Source of the DNA: Alcanivorax sp.
GTDB lineage: Bacteria; Pseudomonadota; Gammaproteobacteria; Pseudomonadales; Alcanivoracaceae
Reading direction: 5' to 3'
DNA: 64,000 nt
NCBI RefSeq assembly: GCF_040118815.1
Contig: NZ_JBEDTC010000002.1
Location: forward strand, 15,894-79,893
Translations under genes and position numbers: made by a program
Notes under the pieces: generated by a model
The model's input: only the letters and a program-made list of their open reading frames with translations
Told to the model about the DNA's origin: nothing
The model's database searches: none
Part shown: one piece after another, positions 37,378-45,455 of the stretch
Numbering within the stretch: the stretch's first letter is position 1
Layout of the letters: every line of letters begins with the position of its first letter

Positions 37378-38007
37378 ATGACAAAGACACTGACCGCGCG
37401 GCCAATGGCGCGCATGGCTACTCTCTGGCGCAGCGCCATGCTGGTATTGCTGGCAGGCTGGTTGAGCGGCTGTGGCATCAACAATATTCCGACGTTCGAC
37501 GAGCAGGTCAAAGCGGCCTGGTCCCAGGTGGAAAACCAGTACCAGCGCCGTGCCGACCTGATTCCCAACCTGGTTAACACGGTCAAAGGCTACGCCAGCC
37601 ACGAGAAAGAAGTGCTGGTAGAGGTGACCCAGGCGCGGGCCAGGGTGGGCTCTATTCAGGTGGATGGCAACATGCTCAACAATCCGGAAAAACTGCAGCA
37701 GTTCGAGCAAGCCCAGCGTCAGCTTGGCTCTGCCCTGCAGCGGCTGATGGTGGTGGCGGAACGCTACCCGGACTTGAAAGCCAACCAGAACTTCCTGGCC
37801 CTGCAATCGCAGCTGGAAGGCACGGAGAACCGTATCAGTGTGGCGCGCCGGGATTACATCGCGGCGGTACAGCAATACAACACGGAAATTCGCACCTTCC
37901 CCGGTCGCCTGTGGCACAGCTTCCTGTACAGCGACATGGAGCAGCGTGACACCTATGAAGCCACCGCCGAAGACGCGGATCAGGCTCCTTCCGTGAACTT
38001 TAACTAG
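37378..38007 (+). CDS. lemA: LemA family lipoprotein
   Basis: ATG at 37378 preceded by AAGGAGA. Lipobox LSGC. ...QVENQYQRRADLIPNLVNTVKGYASHEKEVL... is paralogous to the 7137..7724 gene. Confidence 0.88.
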   Translation: MTKTLTARPMARMATLWRSAMLVLLAGWLSGCGINNIPTFDEQVKAAWSQVENQYQRRADLIPNLVNTVKGYASHEKEVLVEVTQARARVGSIQVDGNMLNNPEKLQQFEQAQRQLGSALQRLMVVAERYPDLKANQNFLALQSQLEGTENRISVARRDYIAAVQQYNTEIRTFPGRLWHSFLYSDMEQRDTYEATAEDADQAPSVNFN

Positions 38008-38018
38008 GGCGGGCTTTA

Positions 38019-38741
38019 ATGCGCTATTTCGCACTGATTGTTCTGCTGCTCAGCACCTCGCTATGGGCCGCGCCGGAGTTCCCGGCGCTGTCCGGCCGGG
38101 TGGTCGATGAAGCGGGGTTGCTGACCCCCGCCCAGACCCAGAGCCTTACCCAGGCGCTGGCCACCGCAGAACAGAACACGTCCAATCAGCTGGTAGTGGT
38201 CACTGTGCCCGATTTACAGGGTTACGACATTGCCGATTATGGCTATCAACTGGGCCGTGAATGGGGCATTGGTAGCAAAGAAAACGACAACGGCGTGCTA
38301 CTGATTGTGGCGCCTAATGACCGCAAAGTTCGCATTGAAGTGGGCTATGGCCTGGAAGGCGCCCTCACGGATGCGCTCTCCAGTGTGATCGTCCAGCAGG
38401 AAATTCTGCCGGCTTTCCGTCAAGGGCAGTTCTATGGCGGGATCCAGGCAGGCGTGACCAGCATTCAAGCGGCCATTAAGGGGGAGTACGAGGGTGAAAA
38501 GCAGCCACAGCAGAAGGTGTCCAGCGGCAAGGCGCTGCTGATTCTCTGCGTGATGATTGTGCTCACCTTCCTGCTCTCCTTTGGCGGCGGTAGCGGTGGC
38601 CGTGGCGGCCGTCGTGGGGGGCTGATGTTCCTGCCCATGGGAATGGGCGCCGGTGGCTTTGGCGGTGGCGGTTTTGGTGGCGGCGGCTTCGGCGGCGGCG
38701 GTGGTGGTTTTGGAGGCGGTGGCGCCTCGGGAGGTTGGTAA
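38019..38741 (+). CDS. TPM domain-containing protein (YgcG-like) with Gly-rich tail
   Basis: Signal peptide, TPM motif ...VVTVPDLQGYDIADYG..., a TM helix, and a C-terminal GGFGGGG repeat. Confidence 0.85.
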   Translation: MRYFALIVLLLSTSLWAAPEFPALSGRVVDEAGLLTPAQTQSLTQALATAEQNTSNQLVVVTVPDLQGYDIADYGYQLGREWGIGSKENDNGVLLIVAPNDRKVRIEVGYGLEGALTDALSSVIVQQEILPAFRQGQFYGGIQAGVTSIQAAIKGEYEGEKQPQQKVSSGKALLILCVMIVLTFLLSFGGGSGGRGGRRGGLMFLPMGMGAGGFGGGGFGGGGFGGGGGGFGGGGASGGW

Positions 38742-39352
38742 TGTTGTTGGATAACACTGCACAGGATGCACTGGCCCGCGCCATCAGCGAACAGGAAGCC
38801 CGCACCGATGCGGAAATGGTGACCGTGCTGGCCAGGCAGGCCGACGATTACCGCTACGTGACGGTTATGTGGGCGGCGCTGTTATCGTTGCTGGTGCCGG
38901 CGGTACTGTTGTTCCTGCCCGTGTGGCTGACCCCGTTTGAAGCCTTGCTGCTTCAGTGGGGCGTGCTACTGGGGCTGACGTTGCTGTTCCGGTTCAAGCC
39001 GATCCAGTTGCGGCTGGTGCCCCGGCGCTTGCAGCAAGCTCGTGCCGCTGGTCTGGCGCGCCAGGCGTTTCTGCAACAGGGGCTGCACCGAACCAAGGGC
39101 GCCACCGGCGTACTGATCTTTGTCAGCGAAGCCGAGCACTACGTGGAAATTCTGGCCGACCAAGGGATCGCGCAGCATGTGCCGGACAGCGAATGGCAAA
39201 GCATGGTCGATGCCTTTATCGCCCACCTGAAACGGGGTGACGTGGCCAAGGGTTTCCAGGAATGCGTGGCCGCCTGCGGCGACAAACTGGCTGCCCATGT
39301 GCCTGCCACCGAGCAGAAAAACGAATTACCCAACCATCTGGTTATTCTCTGA
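38735..39352 (+). CDS. TPM domain-containing membrane protein (DUF477-like)
   Basis: 205 aa. The gene overlaps the preceding gene by 7 nt. ...TDAEMVTVLA...GVLIFVSEAEHYVEILADQGI... Confidence 0.78.
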   Translation: MVMLLDNTAQDALARAISEQEARTDAEMVTVLARQADDYRYVTVMWAALLSLLVPAVLLFLPVWLTPFEALLLQWGVLLGLTLLFRFKPIQLRLVPRRLQQARAAGLARQAFLQQGLHRTKGATGVLIFVSEAEHYVEILADQGIAQHVPDSEWQSMVDAFIAHLKRGDVAKGFQECVAACGDKLAAHVPATEQKNELPNHLVIL

Positions 39353-39371
39353 TTCCGGGTAATGTTCAAGA

Positions 39372-39395
39372 GGGGGCCGTTTGGCCCCTTTTTTA
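39372..39395 (+). terminator. rho-independent terminator of the LemA-TPM operon
   Basis: GGGGCC-gttt-GGCCCC followed by TTTTTT (39389-39394). Confidence 0.8.
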
Positions 39396-39435
39396 TAGTG
39401 CTCTGCGGTTGTCACAGGCTTTCCATGAAACCACG

Positions 39436-39464
39436 GCAGGAGTGCCTCAAGAGGTACTCCTACA
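39436..39464. repeat. REP-like palindromic unit (TGTAGGAG head)
   Basis: The minus strand reads TGTAGGAGTACCTCTTGAGGCACTCCTGC. GGAGT pairs with ACTCC. It shares the TGTAGGAG head with the repeats at 45318-45450. Confidence 0.35.
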
Positions 39465-39716
39465 GCGGCGTTGTAGCCGGTGTTTGGGGGCAATCAGAAG
39501 GGGAGTCGTCGGTTAGAACGCAAAGCGCCATTGCGGCCTGTCGATTTTTCCGGTAACAAAGAACAGGCAACAACCGTTGGTAGTAACGTCAATAGCAACA
39601 TTAATAACAACAAACACCCGGTTCAGGGTGTATGCCGCTGTAGTCTGTTAGATAACGGACGGGCGTTGGGGAGACAGCAATGAAACTGTTCCGTGAAAAA
39701 GCCGATAGCCGTCATC

Positions 39717-39902
39717 ATGCTTTCCCCCCCGGTATTGATTACCGAGTCTCATGATATTGAGCGTTTGAAATCCATCGCCCGTAATACGGCTGTTTTCGAT
39801 CTTGGTGTGAAGGAACTGCAATGGGACACGCACCTGCATGGTGAGCCGGGTTGCATGCGCCTGAAACTCAGCGGGGATTATTATTTCGTGATTCGCCCCT
39901 GA
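39717..39902 (+). CDS. possible 61-aa hypothetical protein (weak)
   Basis: ORF 39693..39902 (GTG), with an internal ATG at 39717. No convincing SD sequence and no family recognised. Lies in a locally AT-richer stretch. Confidence 0.25.
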   Translation: MLSPPVLITESHDIERLKSIARNTAVFDLGVKELQWDTHLHGEPGCMRLKLSGDYYFVIRP

Positions 39903-39942
39903 AATCAGGGCTGGATGCGAGAACGGAAGTAAAATGGAAGGC

Positions 39943-39982
39943 GGTGCCGTTTTACTGCGCGCTCGCGCAACAAAACGGCACC
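39943..39982. terminator. 11-bp hairpin between convergent genes (candidate terminator)
   Basis: GGTGCCGTTTT (39943-39953) pairs with AAAACGGCACC (39972-39982), with an 18-nt GC-rich loop. Lies 23 nt beyond the fadD stop. Confidence 0.5.
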
Positions 39983-40004
39983 GTAGGGTGGGTTGGCAGG
40001 CTTA

Positions 40005-41570
40005 CTAGTCGCGCAGTTCGCGGCGCAGAATCTTGCCTACGGTGGACTTGGGCAATTCCGCATGCACGGTCACGTGCTTGGGTACCTTGTAGCCGGTCAG
40101 TTCCTTGCGGCAGAAGGCGATAATATCTTCCACCGGAACGTCTTCTGACAAGGCCACATGGGCACATACGGCTTCGCCGGTTTTGTCGTCGGGTTTGCCC
40201 ACCACGGCGGCTTCAATGACGTTCGGGTGGCCGCTCAGCACGTCTTCAATTTCATTGGGGTACACATTGAAGCCGGAGACAATAATCATGTCTTTCAGGC
40301 GATCGACGATCTTGATGTTGCCGTTTTCCTGTACCACGCCTACGTCACCGGTCCGGAAGAAACCCTCTTTCATGGCCTTGGCGGTTTCCTCCGGGCGATT
40401 CCAGTAGCCCTGCATCACCTGCGGGCCGCGGATCACCAGTTCACCGACTTCGCCAATGGCCATTTTGTTGCCGTCTTCGTCCCAGGCTTCCACTTCGGTT
40501 CCCCGCAAGGGGGCGCCTACCGTACCCAGCTCTTCGGCGCCGAATTGGTTGAGGGTGGCCACCGGTGAGGTCTCACTCAGCCCCCAGCCTTCAGTGACCG
40601 GGCAGCCAGTCACGGATTGCCACAGCTTGGCGGCGGAACGGGTTAGTGCGCTACCGCCGGAGAACGTGAGCTTGAGGCTGGAGAAGTCCAGGCTCTTGAA
40701 GTCCGGGTGGTGGCACAGGCCCACAAAGAGGGTGTTGATGCCCGCCAGGCCGGTGAACTTGAATGGCTGGATACTCTTTACGAAGCCATCCAGGTCCCGC
40801 GGGTTGGGGATCAGCACATTCATGGCGCCCAGGTTGAACAGGGCTAGCATGTTCACGGTAAACGCATAGATGTGATACAGCGGCAGCGGGCAGACAAAAA
40901 TCTCCTGGCCGGCTTCGCAACGTTCGCCCAGGCGGTCTTCCATCTGCGCCTCATTGGCCAGGATGTTCGCGTGGGTGAGGCTGGCGCCCTTGGCTACACC
41001 GGTGGTACCGCCGGTGTACTGCAGCACGGCGATGTCTTCACGTTGCGCCTTGACCGGCTGCAGGTCGGGCAGGTCGGCGCCTTGTGCCATGGCGCTGACA
41101 AAATCGTGGTAGCCGTGTGAGGTTTCTTTGGGCGGGGCAATCAGGTCTGCCGGACCGGTTACCAGCACGTGCGCAATCTGGGTGTCTGCCTTGATGGATT
41201 CCAGCCGCTCCAGAGCGTCGGCAAACACCACTAGCGCCTTAGCGCCGGAATCACTGAATTGATGCTGCATTTCCCGCGGGGTGTACAGCGGGTTGGTGTT
41301 CACCACCACCAAGCCAGCGCGGAAAGCAGCGTAAGCGGCAATCGGGTACTGGTTCAGGTTGGGCAGTTGAATGGCAACGCGATCACCCTGTTGCAGCCCG
41401 CAGGCATGCTGGAACCACTTGGCCAGATGGCGGGACTTTTCTTCCAGGTCCGCAAAGGTCAGTGTTTGGCCCAGGCAGTGGTAGGCAGGCATGTCTGCAT
41501 ACCGCTGGCAGTTATGCTCGATAAACTCGGCGGTATTAATGAACTGCTCGTTCAGTGAAGGGGTGCTCAT
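40005..41570 (-). CDS. fadD: long-chain-fatty-acid--CoA ligase
   Basis: AMP-binding motif LQYTGGTTGVAKGA, ...GWGLSETSP..., ...FRTGD.... The ATG at 41570 (MSTPSLNEQF...) is preferred over the track start at 41720. Confidence 0.92.
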   Translation of the reverse strand: MSTPSLNEQFINTAEFIEHNCQRYADMPAYHCLGQTLTFADLEEKSRHLAKWFQHACGLQQGDRVAIQLPNLNQYPIAAYAAFRAGLVVVNTNPLYTPREMQHQFSDSGAKALVVFADALERLESIKADTQIAHVLVTGPADLIAPPKETSHGYHDFVSAMAQGADLPDLQPVKAQREDIAVLQYTGGTTGVAKGASLTHANILANEAQMEDRLGERCEAGQEIFVCPLPLYHIYAFTVNMLALFNLGAMNVLIPNPRDLDGFVKSIQPFKFTGLAGINTLFVGLCHHPDFKSLDFSSLKLTFSGGSALTRSAAKLWQSVTGCPVTEGWGLSETSPVATLNQFGAEELGTVGAPLRGTEVEAWDEDGNKMAIGEVGELVIRGPQVMQGYWNRPEETAKAMKEGFFRTGDVGVVQENGNIKIVDRLKDMIIVSGFNVYPNEIEDVLSGHPNVIEAAVVGKPDDKTGEAVCAHVALSEDVPVEDIIAFCRKELTGYKVPKHVTVHAELPKSTVGKILRRELRD

Positions 41571-41959
41571 GGATTGCTTCTCCCGGTAGTGTTGTGCGCG
41601 CAAGGAATGCTGGCATTCATGCTTGATGATCATTGTTTTTGTGCGAAAAGGCTGAGCTAAGGTCGGTACGTTAATGTTGCCAAGGGGGCTGCGAGCCAAG
41701 CCATGGCAAAATTCTCGCATTGTCGGCCAATACCTTACAGGGGGGATTGGGGATCGCCATGGGGGTCCACGTCATTATGTTGTCTCTTCGCGTCGGGGGC
41801 GGCATCTAAAGCAGCCTAAGTGAGGCGTTGCCGACTAGGCGAACATCATCAAAGGGTGATACAAAAGGGCAACGATACGGTGATTCAGGCTGGTGCCTGA
41901 CGCCGCGCAATCAAGCTAGTATCAACGGATAATTCAATAATGATCGCAGGGAGCGACTC

Positions 41960-42514
41960 ATGGCTTTACTCAAAAATCTTCTCGTTCTGTCTTGCAGCGT
42001 GCTGCTGGTATCAACCGCCACCGCCGCAGACCTTAACGTCCACGGCGCCCTGAAAGGGGGTTGGACCGATCTGGATTACGACGACGGTGATTTTCCTGCC
42101 GGCACAGATGTCGACTCTACAGACCACACCTTCTCTATCCTCGCGGGGCTCACGTTCCCGGTAGCGCGTGATCGCATTCATTTGGGCGGTGAAATTGCCC
42201 ATACCTATCTTGGGGAATACAACGTAGCGCTCGCCGGTTCAGAGACAGAGGTGATGCTCACCGGAAGCGAGGTGGTTTTTGCGGGCTTTTTCGACGTAGC
42301 GACCGGCACCCAGTTATTTGTGCGCGCCGGCGGTTGGGCCTGGGAGTCTGACGTTGATCACGGTGACGATGATTCCGGTTTTGATCCGGTCTGGGGCGTG
42401 GGCTTTACCTATGGGTTAGATAATCTGTCGTTCCGGGGTGAAGCCAATCGCTACGATGCGGAAGATGAAAAAGTGGATGCCTACACGGTCGGTTTGCAGT
42501 ATCAGTTTATGTAG
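41960..42514 (+). CDS. outer membrane beta-barrel (OmpW/OmpA-TM-like) protein
   Basis: Signal peptide ...STATA, alternating beta-strand pattern, and C-terminal ...VGLQYQFM. Confidence 0.72.
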   Translation: MALLKNLLVLSCSVLLVSTATAADLNVHGALKGGWTDLDYDDGDFPAGTDVDSTDHTFSILAGLTFPVARDRIHLGGEIAHTYLGEYNVALAGSETEVMLTGSEVVFAGFFDVATGTQLFVRAGGWAWESDVDHGDDDSGFDPVWGVGFTYGLDNLSFRGEANRYDAEDEKVDAYTVGLQYQFM

Positions 42515-42547
42515 ATGCAGCGCGGGTTTTATTGCCACAAACAAAAA

Positions 42548-42576
42548 GGGCCTGACGTTGCCGTCAGGCCCTTTTT
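42548..42576. terminator. bidirectional rho-independent terminator
   Basis: AAAAA-GGGCCTGACG-ttgc-CGTCAGGCCC-TTTTT, between the OMP gene and the tRNA 3' end. Confidence 0.85.
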
Positions 42577-42583
42577 GTTTGTC

Positions 42584-42660
42584 TGGTAGCAAGGGGCGGA
42601 CTTGAACCGCCGACCCCAGCATTATGAGTGCTGTGCTCTAACCAGCTGAGCTACCTTGCC
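42584..42660 (-). tRNA. tRNA-Met (CAU), elongator type
   Basis: Reverse complement: GGCAAGGTAGCTCAGCTGGTTAGAGCACAGCACTCATAATGCTGGGGTCGGCGGTTCAAGTCCGCCCCTTGCTACCA. It folds as a cloverleaf with anticodon loop CT-CAT-AA and an encoded CCA. It is close to my memory of E. coli metT. Pair 1-72 is G.U. Confidence 0.92.
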
Positions 42661-42832
42661 ATTTGAGGTCGCGAATTTTCCGTGAGGCGGGGTCAGGTGT
42701 CAAGCACTGCCGGTGTGGCTGGGCAATGTTTGATCAGTTGTTGCTTGCGGGACGGGAAATCTGCCATAGTTGGCATGTAAATGAAAATCACTATCATTTG
42801 ATGGCTGGCTTCGTTAGTCTTGCAGAGCAAGA

Positions 42833-42857
42833 ATACTTGACCAAATTGCTCGGGATT
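42833..42857 (+). promoter_or_regulatory. candidate IscR operator overlapping a TTGACC -35-like hexamer
   Basis: ATACTTGACCAAATTGCTCGGGATT lies about 40 nt upstream of iscR. It is 18/25 identical to the site upstream of sufB (51729-51753, minus strand) and partly matches the type-1 consensus ATASYYGACTRWWWYAGTCRRSTAT. Confidence 0.4.
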
Positions 42858-42898
42858 ACTACTCTCACTCTTTAAATACACGCAAGAAAGGTGTGGAT

Positions 42899-43363
42899 AT
42901 GCGTTTGACGACCAAAGGCCGCTATGCGGTAACCGCCATGCTGGATCTGGCGCTGCATGCAGCGACCGGGCCGGTGTCGCTGGCGGATATTTCCGAGCGT
43001 CAGGGCATTTCCATTTCTTACCTGGAACAGTTGTTCGCCAAGCTTCGCCGTAACGGGCTGGTGAGCAGCGTGCGTGGCCCCGGTGGCGGTTATCAGCTAA
43101 GCCGGGAGAGTGAGCAGATTGACGTGGCGGCGGTGATTGCGGCGGTGGACGAGTCGGTGGATGCCACCCGTTGTGGCGGCCATGGTGATTGCCAGGAAGG
43201 CGATACCTGCCTGACCCATCACCTGTGGTGCGATTTGTCCGACCAGATTCAGGATTTCCTCAGCGGCATTACGCTGGGTGAGCTGGTGGCCCGTCAAGAA
43301 GTGCGGCATGTGGCCCAGCGCCAGGACCGTCAGCAGCAACGTTTGCCCGTCAGCAGCCTTTGA
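42899..43363 (+). CDS. iscR: Fe-S cluster assembly transcriptional regulator IscR (Rrf2 family)
   Basis: [20 protein letters not shown]...[29 protein letters not shown].... Three cluster-ligand Cys residues are present: [13 protein letters not shown]. Confidence 0.9.
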   Translation: MRLTTKGRYAVTAMLDLALHAATGPVSLADISERQGISISYLEQLFAKLRRNGLVSSVRGPGGGYQLSRESEQIDVAAVIAAVDESVDATRCGGHGDCQEGDTCLTHHLWCDLSDQIQDFLSGITLGELVARQEVRHVAQRQDRQQQRLPVSSL

Positions 43364-43419
43364 TTGTGTGCCGGCTCAGCCGGCCTCAGTAACCCGATAC
43401 CAGCCATACGATACCCATC

Positions 43420-44571
43420 ATGAGCAATGCCGTTTACTTGGACTATGCGGCGACCACTCCGGTAGACCCGGCGGTGGTGGACGTTATGGTCCGTCATCTT
43501 GGCCCTGAGGGCACTTTTGCCAACCCTGCGTCGCGTAGCCACCTGTACGGCTGGCTGGCGGAAGAGGCGGTGGAGTCCGCCCGTCGTCAGGTGGCCGATC
43601 TGTTGAATGCGGACCCCCGCGAAGTGGTGTGGACCAGCGGCGCCACCGAGGCCAATAACCTGGCCCTGAAAGGGGTGCTGGATGCCCGTGGCGGTGGCCA
43701 TGTGATTACCAGTGCCACCGAGCACAAGGCGGTGCTGGATGCCTGTGGCTGGCTAGAAAGCCAAGGCCATGCGGTGACCTACCTGAAGCCTGAAGCAAAC
43801 GGCCAGGTGAGCGTGGAGAGTGTGGCCGCCGCGCTGCGTGACGACACCGTGCTGGTGAGCGTAATGCATGCCAACAACGAAACCGGGGTGATCAACGACA
43901 TTGCCGCCATCGGTGCCTTGTGCCGGGAGCGTGGCGTGCTGTTCCACACCGATGCGGCCCAGTCCGTGGGTAAGCTGCCTCTCGATGTGAAAGTGCTGCC
44001 GGTGGATCTGGTGTCAGTGTGTGCTCACAAGGTCTACGGGCCAAAGGGCATCGGGGCCTTGTATGTGCGCCGCTCGCCGAACGTGAAGGTGGCCGCGCAG
44101 ATTCACGGTGGCGGCCATGAGCGTGGCATGCGCTCGGGCACCCTGGCCACGCACCAGATTGTGGGTATGGGCGAAGCCTTTTCGTTGGCCGGGTCATTGA
44201 AGGATGAGGAAGGGCCACGCATCGGCGCGTTGCGGGACCGACTGTGGCAGGGCATTGAGTCGCTGGGCGGCGTGAGTGTGAACGGCGGTGAGGCGCCGCG
44301 TCTGCCGGGTCACCTGAATGTGGCCTTTGAGGGCGTGGATGGCGAGATGCTGCTCACGGCCATGAATCAGGTGGCGGTCTCGTCAGGCTCGGCCTGTACG
44401 TCGGCGTCGCTGGAGCCTTCCTACGTGCTCAAGGCCATGGGGGTGACCGATGCTTTGGCCCATGGATCGATTCGTTTTTCGGTAGGGCGTTTTACCACGG
44501 CAGACGATATTGAACAGGCCATCGCGTCGGTGACCGATGCGGTATCGCGACTGCGCACCGTGCCTGCCTGA
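43420..44571 (+). CDS. class I (IscS/NifS-like) cysteine desulfurase, short form
   Basis: 383 aa. [11 protein letters not shown]..., PLP lysine in [12 protein letters not shown], catalytic loop SSGSACTS. Confidence 0.88.
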   Translation: MSNAVYLDYAATTPVDPAVVDVMVRHLGPEGTFANPASRSHLYGWLAEEAVESARRQVADLLNADPREVVWTSGATEANNLALKGVLDARGGGHVITSATEHKAVLDACGWLESQGHAVTYLKPEANGQVSVESVAAALRDDTVLVSVMHANNETGVINDIAAIGALCRERGVLFHTDAAQSVGKLPLDVKVLPVDLVSVCAHKVYGPKGIGALYVRRSPNVKVAAQIHGGGHERGMRSGTLATHQIVGMGEAFSLAGSLKDEEGPRIGALRDRLWQGIESLGGVSVNGGEAPRLPGHLNVAFEGVDGEMLLTAMNQVAVSSGSACTSASLEPSYVLKAMGVTDALAHGSIRFSVGRFTTADDIEQAIASVTDAVSRLRTVPA

Positions 44572-44664
44572 CGCCAGGGGGAGGGACCGTCCAGGGAAGA
44601 ATGTGACGGTTTCTGGCACTGTGTGATTGCCACTGCTTGAGTGCCTCCTGCTCAGTGGTGTTTC

Positions 44665-44687
44665 CGGGCCGCTCAGAGGCCCGTTTT
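44665..44687 (+). terminator. weak candidate terminator after the IscS-like gene
   Basis: CGGGCC-gctcaga-GGCCCG followed by TTTT. Confidence 0.35.
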
Positions 44688-44748
44688 CCGGTATGGCTTT
44701 TGCTTTGCTTTCAGTGAGGATTTACCGCACTGATCGCGAGGACGTGCC

Positions 44749-45315
44749 ATGCACGGTGTCATCGTTTCCAATTTCAAAACTTACCTGGATGATTTTCTCG
44801 GTGCGGATGCCTGGGGCGATGTGATTGCCGGTGCCGGGCTCGACGGAAAAACCTACCTGCCGGTTGCCCTGTACCCGGATGCGGAAATGGAGGCGCTGCT
44901 GGAGGCGGCGGTAAACGCTACCGGCTTGCGGCGGGAGGACCTGCTTGCGGATTTTGGCGAGTGGGTGATTGGCCCGTTGGTGCGCATGTATCAGGCCATG
45001 ATTCCGGCGCACTGGGATACCCAGGCGTTGTTACTGAATATGCAGACCATTCATGAGCGGGTGCTGAAACTCAAGGACCCGACCGCCGGTGCCCCGAATA
45101 TTCAGGTGCGCCAGTGTGGTGAGGGTACGCTGGAAATTCACTACGCGTCCCACCGCAATATGGCGCCGATGATTTTGGGCGCGGTGAAAGGGCTGGCGGA
45201 GCATTTTCAGGAAACGGCGCAGTTGTTGGCGGCAGAAGAGGGTGGGCAGGATGGTGAATGTCGCTTTCTGTTTCAGGTGCAGTCGCAGTGTCTGGCAAGT
45301 CAGGACGTGGGCTAG
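44749..45315 (+). CDS. H-NOX (haem NO/O2-binding, HNOB) domain protein, stand-alone
   Basis: 188 aa. MHGVIVSNFKTYL... resembles the H-NOX N-terminus MKGIIF.... Has a candidate proximal His in NMQTIHERV and the Y-x-S-x-R haem-propionate motif in EIHYASHRNM. GAGGA lies 7 nt upstream of the ATG. Confidence 0.78.
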   Translation: MHGVIVSNFKTYLDDFLGADAWGDVIAGAGLDGKTYLPVALYPDAEMEALLEAAVNATGLRREDLLADFGEWVIGPLVRMYQAMIPAHWDTQALLLNMQTIHERVLKLKDPTAGAPNIQVRQCGEGTLEIHYASHRNMAPMILGAVKGLAEHFQETAQLLAAEEGGQDGECRFLFQVQSQCLASQDVG

Positions 45316-45317
45316 GC

Positions 45318-45406
45318 TTTTGTAGGAGCGGTGGTTCCACCGCAATTCAGGGGGGGGCATGCACTCGCCAACGCCCTTGCGTGGTGGAACCACCACTCCT
45401 ACAAAA
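45318..45406. repeat. REP-like composite inverted repeat
   Basis: Left arm TTTTGTAGGAGCGGTGGTTCCACCGCA (45318-45344). The right arm (45378-45406) reverse-complements to TTTTGTAGGAGTGGTGGTTCCACCACGCA. Each arm contains its own palindrome GGTGGTTCCACC. The centre carries a G8 run. A further unit AGGAGCaccGCTCCT follows at about 45424-45438. Confidence 0.65.
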
Positions 45407-45455
45407 TCACACATCTCCCTCCTAGGAGCACCGCTCCTGCGGAGAGGGGCGGGGT

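Noticed and set aside
38584-38741. Repetitive GGC/GGT-rich DNA that could be mistaken for a tandem repeat or array.
   Set aside because: It is the in-frame Gly-rich tail (GGFGGGGFGGGG...) of the TPM protein. It is coding low complexity, not a CRISPR or VNTR locus.
42515-42892. tRNA-Met flank as a possible genomic-island integration site.
   Set aside because: No integrase, direct repeat of the tRNA 3' end, or foreign-looking genes on either side. iscR and an OMP gene flank it directly.
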